In this document: piece after piece, positions 32,957 to 45,139 of the stretch
Numbering within the stretch: the stretch's first letter is position 1
Layout: each line of letters opens with the position of its first letter
Assembly: GCA_951406725.2 (NCBI GenBank)
Contig: OX597827.1
Coordinates: forward strand, 32,054,001 to 32,118,000
DNA from: Octopus vulgaris
Taxonomy: Eukaryota
Direction of reading: 5' to 3'
Length of the DNA: 64,000 bases
Program-made: the position numbers and the translations under genes
The notes under the pieces: model-generated
Told to the model about the DNA's origin: nothing
The model's database searches: none
Seen by the model: only the letters and a program-made list of their open reading frames with translations

Positions 32957-33957
32957 TTGTATGTAGGTGTATATGTATGTGTGTGTATTTATATTTATTG
33001 GTGTATATGTATAGACTAGCCTTCTAAGAGTGTAGACATGAATCTGTAGGTACGCGTACGTATGTGTATATACGTGAATGTATGTAGATGTATGTATGTA
33101 TGAATATAACGCGTGCGTGCGTGTATGTGTATGAGTGTACGAATGAGTGAGTGAACGTGCTAAAGAGTGTGCGTGAGTGAATGAGTGCTTGTTTTCAAGT
33201 AGACAGATAAATGGAATGGCTGTCATAGCCAAGATGTTTGTGACCAGCGGTCAAAGATAACAAAAGTAATAAATGGAGATAATAAAATTAAAATTAGGGA
33301 ATGGGTCTGTATTTGTATGTATATATATGTGTGTATGTGTAGGTATGTATAGGTACACATATGTATATATATATATATATATATATAATGTATGTATATG
33401 TATGTGTGTGTATGTATGTGTGTATGTGTATATATGTGTATATAGGGACTAGTGTGCTGTGTGTGCATGTGTGTGTGTGGATATGTGTGGGTATGCGTGT
33501 ATGTGTGTATGTGTGTGTATGTGTATATATATTTTTCTGTGTGTATATGTATGTGGTCGTGTGTGTATATATACATGTGTGTATACGTGTATGCATGTGA
33601 GTGTGTGTATGTATACATATATGTGTATGTGTAGATATGTATATGTATGTGTAAGTGTATATATATGTATATGTGTGTGTGTGTATGTATGTGTGTATGT
33701 ATATGTATATATGTTTGTATGTGTGTGTATATATGTATACATATGTGCATAGGTATAAGTGAGAATCTCCTTATTTACCTAAAACTCTATTCTTTTTTTA
33801 TATATATTTTTTTATTTTTTTATTTATATATATATATTTTTTTTTTTTTTTTTTTATTTATTCTTTTATCTAATTTAACACTGACTCCTTGACCACTCCC
33901 CCAAGTATGATATTTTGCGCTATGCCTACCCCCCAAAAGTCCCCCACCACCACCCCT
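28675..33957. mobile_element. 5.3-kb non-autonomous foldback DNA transposon with Kolobok/T2-like termini
   Basis: TTAA (28671-28674), AGGGGTGGTGG...CCACCACCCCT, TTAA (33958-33961). Arms at about 28675-31274 and 31377-33957 are reverse complements, including the unique islands (29330-29460 vs 33180-33310; 30230-30380 vs 32260-32410). The spacer is about 100 bp. Confidence 0.75.
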
Positions 33958-34003
33958 TTAAACCTGCCTAAATGTATAAATGCCAATACAATTCTTGTTA
34001 ACT

Positions 34004-34054
34004 AGCTTCCTGAAGATTTCTCTTGAATGAAACAGTTCTAGTCCTGTAGAAGCT
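34004..34054 (+). ncRNA. Type I hammerhead ribozyme-like motif
   Basis: AGCTTC CTGAAGA TTTC TCTT GAAT GAAA CAG TTCTAGTC CTGT A GAAGCT: a perfect 6-bp stem I, canonical core, a 4-bp stem III and a GUA cleavage triplet. Confidence 0.7.
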
Positions 34055-34137
34055 CCTTCTATATAATAAATTAATTTTACTCTGCTATGTATTGAGTACC
34101 TTACATACTGTGGTTAACCCCGAATCAACCCGGGACC

Positions 34138-34237
<100 letters not shown>

Positions 34238-34265
34238 CATATATAACATATATATATATATATAT

Positions 34266-34297
<32 letters not shown>

Positions 34298-34346
34298 CGT
34301 TTAAATATTTATTGGCTAAACTGGCAATATGACCATTCCGAAATAT

Positions 34347-34395
<49 letters not shown>

Positions 34396-34396
34396 T

Positions 34397-34631
34397 AAAG
34401 AAACCCGTCGAATATATATATGTGTGTGTGTTTGTCCCCCATCACCACTTGACAACGGGTGGTGGTGTGTTTACATCCCCGTAACTTAGCGGTTCGGCAA
34501 ATGAAGCCCAAAAGCGTAAATATCACGCTTAAAACTTAAGTACTGGGATCAGTTAATTCGACTAAAAGAAAATCAAGGTGGCGCCCCAGCATGGCCGCAT
34601 TCTAATGACTGAAACAAGTAAGAGGTAAAAG

Positions 34632-34696
<65 letters not shown>

Positions 34697-34768
34697 CTCT
34701 CCCTCACACACACATATATATATGTATAAGTGTGTGTGTGTGTGAGAGAGAGAGAGTGTGTGTGTGTG

Positions 34769-34807
<39 letters not shown>

Positions 34808-35022
34808 TACCTCTTACTTGTTTCAGTCATTAGAATGCGGCCATGCTGAAGCACCGCTTTGAATTTTTTTATTCGAATTAACTGATCCCAGTACTTAAGT
34901 TTTAAGCGTGATATTTACGCTTTTGGGCTTCAATGGCCAAACCGCTAAGATACGGGGACGTAAACACACCAACACCCCTTGTCAAGTGGTGATGGGGGAC
35001 AAACACACACACACACACGCAC

Positions 35023-35056
<34 letters not shown>

Positions 35057-35071
35057 TCGACGGGTTTCTTT
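34397..35071. repeat. About 670-bp inverted duplication of a family-B SINE tail plus microsatellite
   Basis: Both arms share the variant AAGCCCAAAAGCGTAAATATCACGCTTAAAACTTAAGTACTGGGATCAGTTAATTCGA, which I did not see in the other copies. The symmetry centre is at about 34720. Confidence 0.8.
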
Positions 35072-35306
35072 CTACCACTCACAAGGCTTTAGTCGGATCG
35101 AGGCTATAGTAAAATACACTTGTCCAAGATGTCACGCAGTGGGACTGACTCGGAACCACGTAGTTGGGAAACGAGCTTCTTACCACACAGCCACACTTGC
35201 GTCTATATGGAGAAAAGATGTATATTCCCACACAGGAAAGAATATTGGAGAGTTGGCTTTGGGACTTGAAAATGCTCCTGAGTCTTAAAACATGATCTTT
35301 ATATAT

Positions 35307-35340
<34 letters not shown>

Positions 35341-35356
35341 TCCAGAAATAGACGTC

Positions 35357-35397
35357 TATTTCTTGAAAATGGGCTCATAGCCCCGAAATATTGAATA
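35357..35397 (+). ncRNA. Minimal hammerhead-like motif, U3:A8 variant
   Basis: TATTTC TTGAAAA T GGGCT CAT AGCCC C GAAA TA T T GAATA. Stem I is short. The GAAATATT end is the same as at 16875. Confidence 0.4.
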
Positions 35398-36408
35398 CAA
35401 GGTAAGTCTACATTAATTCATATATTTGTTTTCTTGTGATTTGCCTTGCTTTTACTTCGCATTGTTCTGGCCTTACGCACGATCCTTCTTACAATATACT
35501 CTACACAATGCTTCATAAAAATTATTCCATAATAGAATATATATATATATATGCATACATATACATATATATATACACACATACATATATACATACATAC
35601 ACACACACAAACACACACACACACACAAACATATGCTCACACGTACACGCACACATTCATATATAAGACTTAACTGAGAAACTTATCATCAGTTCGGTAT
35701 TGGTAAACAGTCGGTTCAGACTTCCCCTTGTCGTAAAGGGGAGACAATGCAGTGATCGTAATATTTTGGGTTGTATTACTGAATCACACCATGTACTCAT
35801 CAATTATCAACCATTTTTCTTCGCAACGCCTCTATGACAACAGACCATCCGCTACCACCATGAAGAAAATGGACCAGTTAATTTCAGAGACACTTGAGAT
35901 GCAATTCCAGCATCGTTCACCGCAAATGCAATTATGGATTGACCTTTTATCGAGGTCAGTATATCGCTAGATCAATGCCCACAGCTCGCTAAATCTTATA
36001 TCCTTTAAAAGAGTGTTATGCAAATCACAAATCCATTTTCATAATCAGAAAGAAGAAAAAAAGGGAGAACACATTGTCCCTGTCCGTCTACGTTACAGCA
36101 GCAACTGCAAAATAAATAAGTGAATGAATAAAAGAAAAGAAAAGAAAAATTAATTTGCACTAATTCGAAAATGTCACGGTCTGTTTAAGCCTGTTGCGAC
36201 GATTGCATTAGCGGAAGACACTTCTGCAATCCCTATTGTACTAAAAAGATAATTTTAAAAAATGAGGAAAAAACAATTAATTCCAAATATTTTTTTAAAA
36301 ACAATTATTGATATTCTAAGCAGAAAATTCGAATTAATATTCAGATATCGCCATGTGAATAAATTTAACTTTTTAATTAAAAGTAGAGAGAGAGGGGGTG
36401 AGATAGAG

Positions 36409-36558
36409 AGAAGAAGAAGAAGTAGAAGAAGAAGAAGAAGAAGAAGAAGAAGAAGAAGAAGAAGAAGAAGAAGAAGAAGAAGAAGAAGAAGAAGAAGAAG
36501 AAGAAGAAGAAGAAGAAGAAGAAGAAGAAGAAGAAGAAGAAGAAGAAGAAGAAGAAGA
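36409..36558 (+). repeat. (GAA)n microsatellite, about 50 units
   Basis: Directly visible. It explains the poly-R and poly-L ORFs. Confidence 0.95.
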
Positions 36559-37167
36559 TCTTCGAACCAGATAATTAGCCAGATATAAATTTCCTTCACA
36601 CCGGAAGTGTAGCCATCAATTCCTCACAAACTGAACAAAGCCAACCTGACGCCTGCGCAACAAGTTGTTCATTTCTTTCTGTGTCATTCGAACGCTATGC
36701 TTGTTTCTCCACCACTTAATTTCATCTGAGGAATGCCTCTGTGTATGAAACTCTGAGTAAAGACCTGACGGTAAAATGCGCGATATATTTACTGCGTTCA
36801 TTGTGGTTACGTTTGGAAAGTTATTTTGTAAATGGAAATAAACATTCAGCAAATAGAAATAAACTCAGAGACGATATGTAAGTGGGTTAGAGAGTTTGTG
36901 TGCGTGTGTGTGTGTGTGTGTGTCTTTGTGTGTGTATTTGAGCGAACGTGTATGTATATGTGTGTTTGTTTGTGTGCATATGTTTTTTTCTGGGTGTGTA
37001 TGCGAGAGTATGGGTGCGTGCGTGTGCGTGTATCTGTTTGTGCATGTGTGTTTGTATGTGTATGTGTTAGTGTGTTTGAGAGAGTGAGCGTTAGTGTAGG
37101 TTTATGTGTATGCGGGATTGTGTGCGTGGACACGAGTGCGGATATGAATGTGTGCGCGTATGTGCGT

Positions 37168-37201
<34 letters not shown>

Positions 37202-38294
37202 TCACACGCAGATGTCATTCTTGTCTTTATCAATTGTTTAATTTCCATTGGGACAGTTATATTCGCAGAGTCAGTTTGTAAGGACGGCGACGATGAAGTT
37301 GACAAGGACGACGATGACGACGACGGGGGAAGACAACTCCGACGACGATGAGGGACGATCACAATATTGACGATGTCTGCGACAGCGATGATAATGATGA
37401 TGATGATGACGACGACGACGAGGATGCGATGGTGGCGGCGACGACGACGATGATTACTATGCGAAGATAATGATTATGTTCTCAAGACAAACCCAAAATT
37501 AGAAGCAAACAAACAAACAACAACAGCAATAGCAAAATAACCATTACAATTGATCCCTAGAGATTTGGGTTGAGGTAGGAGACATCACTTTCACTCGAAA
37601 CGGTCCCCTTTTCATACATTATGATATGCCCTTTCTGACAAATCGGTCAAAATCAAAACGCATAGCGCATACCTGCCACAAACGGCACAACCGCCACCCT
37701 CCATTTTTTCCCCTGCTTTTCAGTCAACGTTAAATTGGTGAACCACATCCTTCGTTTTCATCAGAAACTTCTTTTACCTAGGGCTGCCCTTACATTACAA
37801 TGTTCAGTAGGGTTCGCTCATACTTTAACCATATTTAGTTGGGAAAAACAACATTGCAATGTTATTATCAATCCGAATAAGTTTGATGCACTTTCGAACT
37901 GGGGAACAAGCTACGCACTGCGTTTTGTCAGGGAGAATATATCTCGCTTGTAGACAGTTCGAACGTGCATCAAGCATATTCGAGCTGATAATAACATTGC
38001 AATTTTACTTATCACTACTTAGCGTTCCTCCTTCGTTATTTATTTATGCTGAGTCGCCGTATAGCGCAGCCCAGTCACCGTACGATGACTAGAAAATGTT
38101 TGGCCTTGTGCTTGCGTTAGAAACTATATTTATTATAAATTAAACTGGTAGATTCGTTAAAAAGTCAGAGGAAATGCTTTCAGACACATGCATATACACA
38201 CATTGTTTACACCAAATTTTCAAATCTGCTTCTTTCTCTCCTTGTTTCTCCTGCTCAAGGCGGTGAGCTGGCAGAATCGTCAGTGAATGAGAGT

Positions 38295-38950
38295 GAAGGC
38301 GCGTGGTTTAGTGGTTAGCATACTCGGCTCACGATTTTCAGGTCGTGTGTTCGATTCTCGGTTTTGCGTTGTGTCACTTTATTTCACCTTGCTTTAGTCC
38401 ACTCAACTGTCAATAATGAGCTGTACCTGTATTTCAAAGGGCCGGCCTTGTCTCATTGTGTCCTGTTGACTCCCACTGAGGACTACGTTAAGGGTACGCG
38501 TGTTTGAGGAATGCTCAGCTGCTTGTACGTTAATTTCACGAGCAGGCTGTTCCGATGATCGGATCAACTAGAAAACTCGTCATCGTAACCGATGGAAGAC
38601 CCATTTAGGGAATCGGATAAAATACTGAGTCGTATTTTTCCCATCGTGGAGGCGCAATGGCCCAGTGGTTAGGGCAGCGGACTTGTGGTCAGCGGATCGC
38701 GGTTTCGATTCCCAGATCGGGCGTTGTGTGTGTTTATTGAGTGAAATCACCTAAAGCTCCGCGAGGCTCCGGCAGGGGATGATGGCTACCCCTTGTTGTA
38801 CTCTTTCACCCCAACTTTCTCTCACACTTTCTTCCTGTTTCTTGAGTAGCTTGGCGTCCCGCCCAGCTGGGAGGAACACATACGACATAGAAACCGTGAA
38901 ACCGAGCCCATGAGCCTGGCTAGGCTTGAAAAGGGCGCATGAATAAAAAT
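38295..38950 (+). mobile_element. Family-C SINE (38295-38600) followed by a family-D tRNA-derived SINE (38646-38950)
   Basis: Heads GAAGGCGCGTGGTTTAGTGGTTAG and GGAGGCGCAATGGCCCAGTGGTTAGGGCAGCGG...TTCGATTCC carry A and B boxes. Confidence 0.7.
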
Positions 38951-39014
38951 AAATTTCTCCTATCACACTCTAAAATCTCTGCCAGCGCGCTGCCCTCTAA
39001 GCAGATCTTATAAT

Positions 39015-39216
39015 GATCTCTACTAGAGGGGTCTAGTAGCGGAGGGGTCTAATCGATTGCATCGACCACGTTAGTCAACTGGTACCTATTTCATCGATCA
39101 CAAAGGATGAAAGGTAAAATCGATGTCGATGGAATTCGAACTCAGAACGTAATGACAGACGAAATGCTGCTAAAATTTTTGCCCGGAGTGCTAACGATTC
39201 TGCCAGCTCGCCGCCT
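39015..39216 (-). mobile_element. Family-A SINE with 17-bp TSD (one mismatch)
   Basis: TAAGCAGATCTT(A/G)TAAT occurs at 38998-39014 and at 39217-39233. Confidence 0.8.
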
Positions 39217-39408
39217 TAAGCAGATCTTGTAATACTTTCAAACGTTGGTGCGAAGCCAGCAATTTTAGCGAGGTAGTCGATTACATTGACCCCACTCCCC
39301 AGTTCTCAGCTGGTACGTGATTTTATCGACCCTGCAGAGATGAAAGGCAAGGCTGATCTCAGTATGATTTGAACTCAGATCGTAAAGAGTCGAAATAAAT
39401 ACCGTAAA

Positions 39409-39461
<53 letters not shown>

Positions 39462-39474
39462 GTGTGTGCGTGTG

Positions 39475-39505
<31 letters not shown>

Positions 39506-39724
39506 TGGTGTGTCTGTGTTTATCCCACCCTACCATCGCTTGACAACCGATGTTGGTGTGTTTACGTCCCCGTAACTTAGCGGTTCCTCAAACGAGAGAA
39601 CGATAGAATAAGTACTAGGCTTACAATGAATAAGTTCTGGGGTTGATTTGTTCGACTAAAGGCTGTGCTCCAGCATGGCCGGAGTCAAATGATTAAAACA
39701 AATAAAAGAATAAAAGAATATATA

Positions 39725-40482
39725 TCTCTCTCTATATAAACGGCAGTTTGTCTGTGCGTGTTTCTGTGTGTCTGTTTTCTCGTACCCTCACTCTGACCAC
39801 GGCTTTCAACCGATTCTGATGAAACTTGACACACACATAGCCCAATGTCATAATTCAAAACTAACGCAGCGAAAATTTTGAAAAGTTCCCCCAGTTCTGA
39901 AAAAAAATCGATAAATTCGACATGGGGTCGAGAATGAGAAACCCAAACCACAGACCGTCTAGGGGACGCAACTCCACCTGTTTTAACTCTCAAAAAAAAT
40001 TTACCATCATTTTTTTTCCATTTTTTTGCTATTTTTTGGCTATAACTCTCTAAAAATGCTTTATAGTTATTTCCTTACAAACCAGAGCAACGCCGGGCGA
40101 TACTGCTATCTCTCTCTATATAAACGGCAGTTTGTCTGTGCGTGTTTCTGTGTGTCTGTTTTCTCGTACCCTCACTCTGACCACGGCTTTCAACCGATTC
40201 TGATGAAACTTGACACACACATAGCCCAATGTCATAATTCAAAACTAACGCAGCGAAAATTTTGAAAAGTTCCCCCAGTTCTGAAAAAAATCGATAAATT
40301 CGACATGGGGTCGAGAATGAGAAACCCAAACCACAGACCGTCTAGGGGACGCAACTCCACCTGTTTTAACTCTAAAAAAAAATTTACCATCATTTTTTTT
40401 CTATTTTTTGGCTATAACTCACTAAAAATGCTTTATAGTTATTTCCCTTACAAACCTGAGCAACGCCGGGCGATACTGCTAG
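39725..40482 (+). mobile_element. Head-to-tail dimer of a non-autonomous Helitron (units 39725-40108 and 40109-40482)
   Basis: A|TC start and CTAG|T end with no TSD. A GC-rich subterminal motif CCTGAGCAACGCCGGG lies about 8 nt before CTAG. The two units are nearly identical. Confidence 0.85.
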
Positions 40483-40583
40483 TATATATATATAAGTTCA
40501 GCAAAGTTTAGATTCAAATGAATATGGTACTTAAATGCACCAGAATTTTGTATGGTGTTATCCATATAAATCCATGGGGTGAT

Positions 40584-40819
40584 TATAATCAAAATAAGCA
40601 ACAAGAATATCTTCGGTAATTTGGTACGATCGTTTCACGCTACATAATTTTATTAAATATTGTAAGTATTACAACAGTTTTAAAATGTTGAGCAATCATC
40701 AGCCTTTAATAGAGGTTTTCAACATTTTAAAACTGTCGTAATACTTACAATATTTAATAAAATGATGTAGCGTGAAACGATCGTACCAAATTACCGAAGA
40801 TATTCTTGTTGCTTATTTT

Positions 40820-40826
<7 letters not shown>
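40584..40826. repeat. Inverted repeat (about 108-bp arms, 27-bp spacer) overlapping a hammerhead-like motif; probable inverted PLE pLTR
   Basis: Arms 40584-40691 and 40719-40826 differ at about 3 positions. Minus strand 40704-40623 reads GG CTGATGA [long stem II] GAAAC GATC GTA CC. Confidence 0.75.
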
Positions 40827-40910
<84 letters not shown>

Positions 40911-41364
40911 GAATTTGTGAAACGATGAAAATATAATGAGTATGCGCGTGTAGTGGAAATCAGCATGAATTATTCTCACTATTTCGCTATAAAAAAAAAG
41001 AATTTAAAATAAGAAAGCTTTTCATTAGTAACAGATATTAACGCTGAGAACTGAGAATAGTTCTGCAGTATAAATGAATGTTAAGGTAATTTTATGAAAT
41101 TTTAATGAATATTTTTTACGAAATTTTATTTATAAAAAAAACAATTTATTATGAACAATTAGAATATTGGTGAGCGGGAAAAATTAATTTGCATGTTTTA
41201 TTCTTTTAAAAAACAATTCTTTTATTCTTTTACTTGTTTCAGTCATTGGATTGCGGCCATGCTGTTAATATATTTTGAAGGACGGTAACAAACCAACGCT
41301 GGTGCAAGACGAACACAAACATATACAAACGTTAACATACAAGCATACACCTATATACATGGAC

Positions 41365-41435
<71 letters not shown>

Positions 41436-42165
41436 AAAGTAAGATAGGGGTTATGGGTGTAACCCACTATGGGATATCATTTACTGTTGGTAAATTACCG
41501 AAATTCTTAATACACAAATGTTTTTAAGTGCAATGCAATTAATTCATTTATTGTATTAAATGGGTGAAGGTAAAAAAAAATTTTACCGTAAATTTATAAC
41601 ACAAATAAGAAAATGGAGAAACAAATTCAACTCGTTCATCAACTTACGGATAGTAAATATATACAAAAAATACCATACCTACAACCCACAGTTTACACAG
41701 GTAGAGTAAAATAGTTAGTGGACTGTTAGGTAGATAAATGTATGTATGTGAGTGTGAGTGTGTGTGTATGCCTTTTTTTTAATCATTATTATTCTTTTGT
41801 TTTTGTTATATTTTTTTTTATTTTTTATATATTTTTAAATTTTTTATTTACTTTTTATTTTTTTTATTTTTATTTTTTATTTATTTCTGCATTTAGATAT
41901 GTAAATAAACAATTTTACATTGTTTATTCATTTTACAAATGAGAACATCATAAACAATGTAAATTTTAATATCCGTAAGTTGATGAATTTGTTTCTCCAT
42001 CTTCTTATTTGTATTATATATATTTCGTTTTTGGATTTGGTTTGCAAAATTCTTTATATGAGTTCGTGTGTTGAAGCATATTCTGTTGTGTCTGGGGACA
42101 CAAAAGGAAAATGACTCTCCCCGGACACAACAGTATATATATATATACTTCACTTTCATCGCGAC

Positions 42166-42198
<33 letters not shown>

Positions 42199-42474
42199 CA
42201 GTTACGGCTGCAAAGGTTTGTTTCAAAGTAGAAAACAAAAGAAAACCTAGATGTGTATACAATCCTAGTTGTATTTGTAAAGTATATTTGTTTATTAAAT
42301 TTATATTAAATTTAATATCTAGTTTAAATTATATTTAATTAATCCTATTACCTATATACGAAATGAAACGAAAACAGGTTAAATGTGTATGGAATACAAA
42401 AAGAATATCGACGTCGTTAAAGCGTTTTATGTCCTGTTATTTGTCCAGAAATTATTCTGAAACCTACAAATCTA

Positions 42475-42554
<80 letters not shown>

Positions 42555-42556
<2 letters not shown>

Positions 42557-42920
42557 TGCATCTCTGATCACGAGCAGAAGTAGTGGGGGAGCATCATAGC
42601 CATGTGTTGAGAGGGATTCTTTGGGATTTGAATAAATCACCTCTGGAAACATGGGTGGTTCTTTCAACATCCTTAAACAACCCTTATTCAGGGACCTTTT
42701 GAGCGGGATGGGCTACTCAACCTGAAGAAAATTCTAACTGGGCCCCACCTGCAAGGTCATGTGCTGTTTAGCTTGATATGAGATCACAATATCGCGCACA
42801 TATGGTTGTGATGCATGTGCCTGGTGTACCCTTATCAGACGGGTAGTCATGATGGGTATATTGGGCTTCGTATATTTTACCCCAGTGTCACTTTGATGGC
42901 ATGAACTGCTCTCTCACTCA
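42555..42920 (+). mobile_element. 5'-truncated non-coding retroposon embedded in (TAA)n
   Basis: Closely similar to 45330-45691. It ends in CTCTCTCACTC followed by (AAT)n. Confidence 0.7.
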
Positions 42921-43010
42921 ATAATAATAATAATAATAATAATAATAGTAATTATAATAATATTAATAATAACAATAATAAAAATAAAAACAACAACAAC
43001 AACAACAACA

Positions 43011-43077
<67 letters not shown>

Positions 43078-43084
43078 TAATAAT

Positions 43085-45059
43085 AGCCTACCACATAGCT
43101 GGATAAAGAAATGCCTGGAAATGTATAAAATAGCGCCTACTCTGCGAAACTTTTTGCCTGTAAGCATGAGATCATGGAGAACCACACTAACTTTGAACAG
43201 TGACGATGAATCTCTAAATGCTGGTGATGTAAAAATTTCATGTGGCATTTTCCAGGGCGACTTACTATCACCACTCCTCTTTTGTTTAGCCTTAATGCCT
43301 GTCTCAAAATTGCTCAATGACGCACAGTACGGATATAAAATGTTGGATAAAAATATAAATCATCTCATTTACATGGATGATTTAAAGCTCTTTGCAAAAA
43401 ATGACCAACAACTCAAGGGCTTACTAACGACTGTTAAACAATTCAGTGATGACATCAGAATGCAATTTGGCCTCGATAAATGTGCAAAAGCTACTTTTAT
43501 CAAAGGAAAAATGACAGAAACATCTAACGTTTACCTCGACCAGCAGAATGTCAGCGGAGAGCTACAAGTACCTAGGGGTAATTGAAGAGGATGGAATAAA
43601 GTATTCAGTGATGAAGGAAAGGATGAGGAGAAAATGTTATCGCAGAGTAAGAGCAATACTCAAGACAGAGCTGAATGCAAGAAACAGGATCGAAGCAATC
43701 AATGCTTTAGCCATACCAGTCGTGACTTACAGTTTCAAAATCGTTAACTGGTCAATTACTGAAATATGTAATCTGACAGAAAAATACGAAAACTGTTGAC
43801 AATGTATAGAATGCACCACCCTAAGGCAGATATAGATCGACTTTATCTACCAAGAAAAGAGGGGGGCCGTGGGCTTTTACAACTGGCAATAACAATGAAG
43901 GTTGCTACAATTGGCCTAGACACCTACCGGAAAAACTCTGAGGACTGGATGTTAAAACTTGTCTCAAAACATGAAAACAAGAAAGCATCATACTCAGTAA
44001 CAAAACAGGCAAAGGAATATCTAAGTGAATTCCGAATACAACAAATTCCGGAATAAGACATACAAGAAACAAGCACAGAAAAAGCTAAGCGCATGAAAAC
44101 CCGTGCTAAAACTGCTGCCTTAGATATTCTGAGTGATAAATGGCAAGAAAAACCTCTCTATGGCAAATACCCAAAGAGAGCGAATAATGCAGATGTTGAC
44201 AAAGCCCTGACCCATCAATGGCTAATGGCCTCCGGCTTAAAATCTGAAACAGAAGGGTTTATCATAGCAGCTTAAGATCAATACCTACCAACAAGGAACT
44301 ACCAGGCCAACATATTAAAGAACGGCAGTAGCCCAACATGTCGTGTATGTCAATAACAAATGAAACCATTGATCATGTTGTCTCCAAGTGCAGTCTTCTA
44401 GCGCCTACAGAGTATCTCAACAGGCATGATAGAGCTGCACAATATATTCACTGGGTAATCTGCAAAAACTTGGATTTGCCCCATGAAAAAAACTGGTGGG
44501 AACACAAACCACCTCCAGTGAAAATGACTACATCTCACTCCTCTGGAACTTCCCCATTCAAACTGACAGAAAGATAGATGCAAATAGGCCAGACATCATA
44601 TTGAAAAACTTCAGACAAAAAACATGCCTCCTCATTGATATGACTGTCCCAATCGATATAAACGTATCTGTCAAGACCGACCAAAAACTGAGCAAATATA
44701 AAGATCTTGAAATAGAAATCAGCAAATTATGGAACCTGAAGACTAAAACAATACCTGCTGACCACTACCTAACTCAGATACCAGGAAACCCCAAAATGGC
44801 AGAAATTCAAAAGATAGTGGTCAGGGTAACTGCTCATATCCTACGCAAAATACTTTCTATGTAATCTCAAGTTTTAAAACAAACATAATTTTCTTTTTTT
44901 TCTTTTTTTTTTAGGCATTCACTTGCACAACACTAAATACAAAACCAAATATATGGCACACTAGGCATAACAACAATACGAACTTCCAGCCTGTTGTCTC
45001 TTGAGGTCTCTGGGTGAGACTTGGAGCCAACTTGTACAAATATAAAACAAAAGTCAAAC

Positions 45060-45060
<1 letters not shown>
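43085..45060 (+). mobile_element. Dong/R4-clade non-LTR retrotransposon, 5'-truncated and frameshifted (RT, CCHC knuckle, RLE), inserted in (TAA)n
   Basis: SLPHSWI, GIFQGDLLSPLLFCLAL, HLIYMDDLKLF, FGLDKC, YKYLG, RLYLPRKEGGRGL, LKSETEGFIIAA, CRVC...ETIDHVVSKC, YLNRHD and RPDII...IDMTVP...KLSKYKDL. (TAA)n flanks both sides. Confidence 0.92.

Positions 45061-45137
<77 letters not shown>

Positions 45138-45139
<2 letters not shown>

Noticed and set aside
29405-33232. Mirror-image ORFs of 259 and 286 aa starting [16 protein letters not shown]
   Set aside because: They result from the inverted repeat and low-complexity sequence, and show no transposase motifs.
39812-39830. CTGATGAAAC in the Helitron units
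   Set aside because: There is no room for stem II and no stem I or III pairing.
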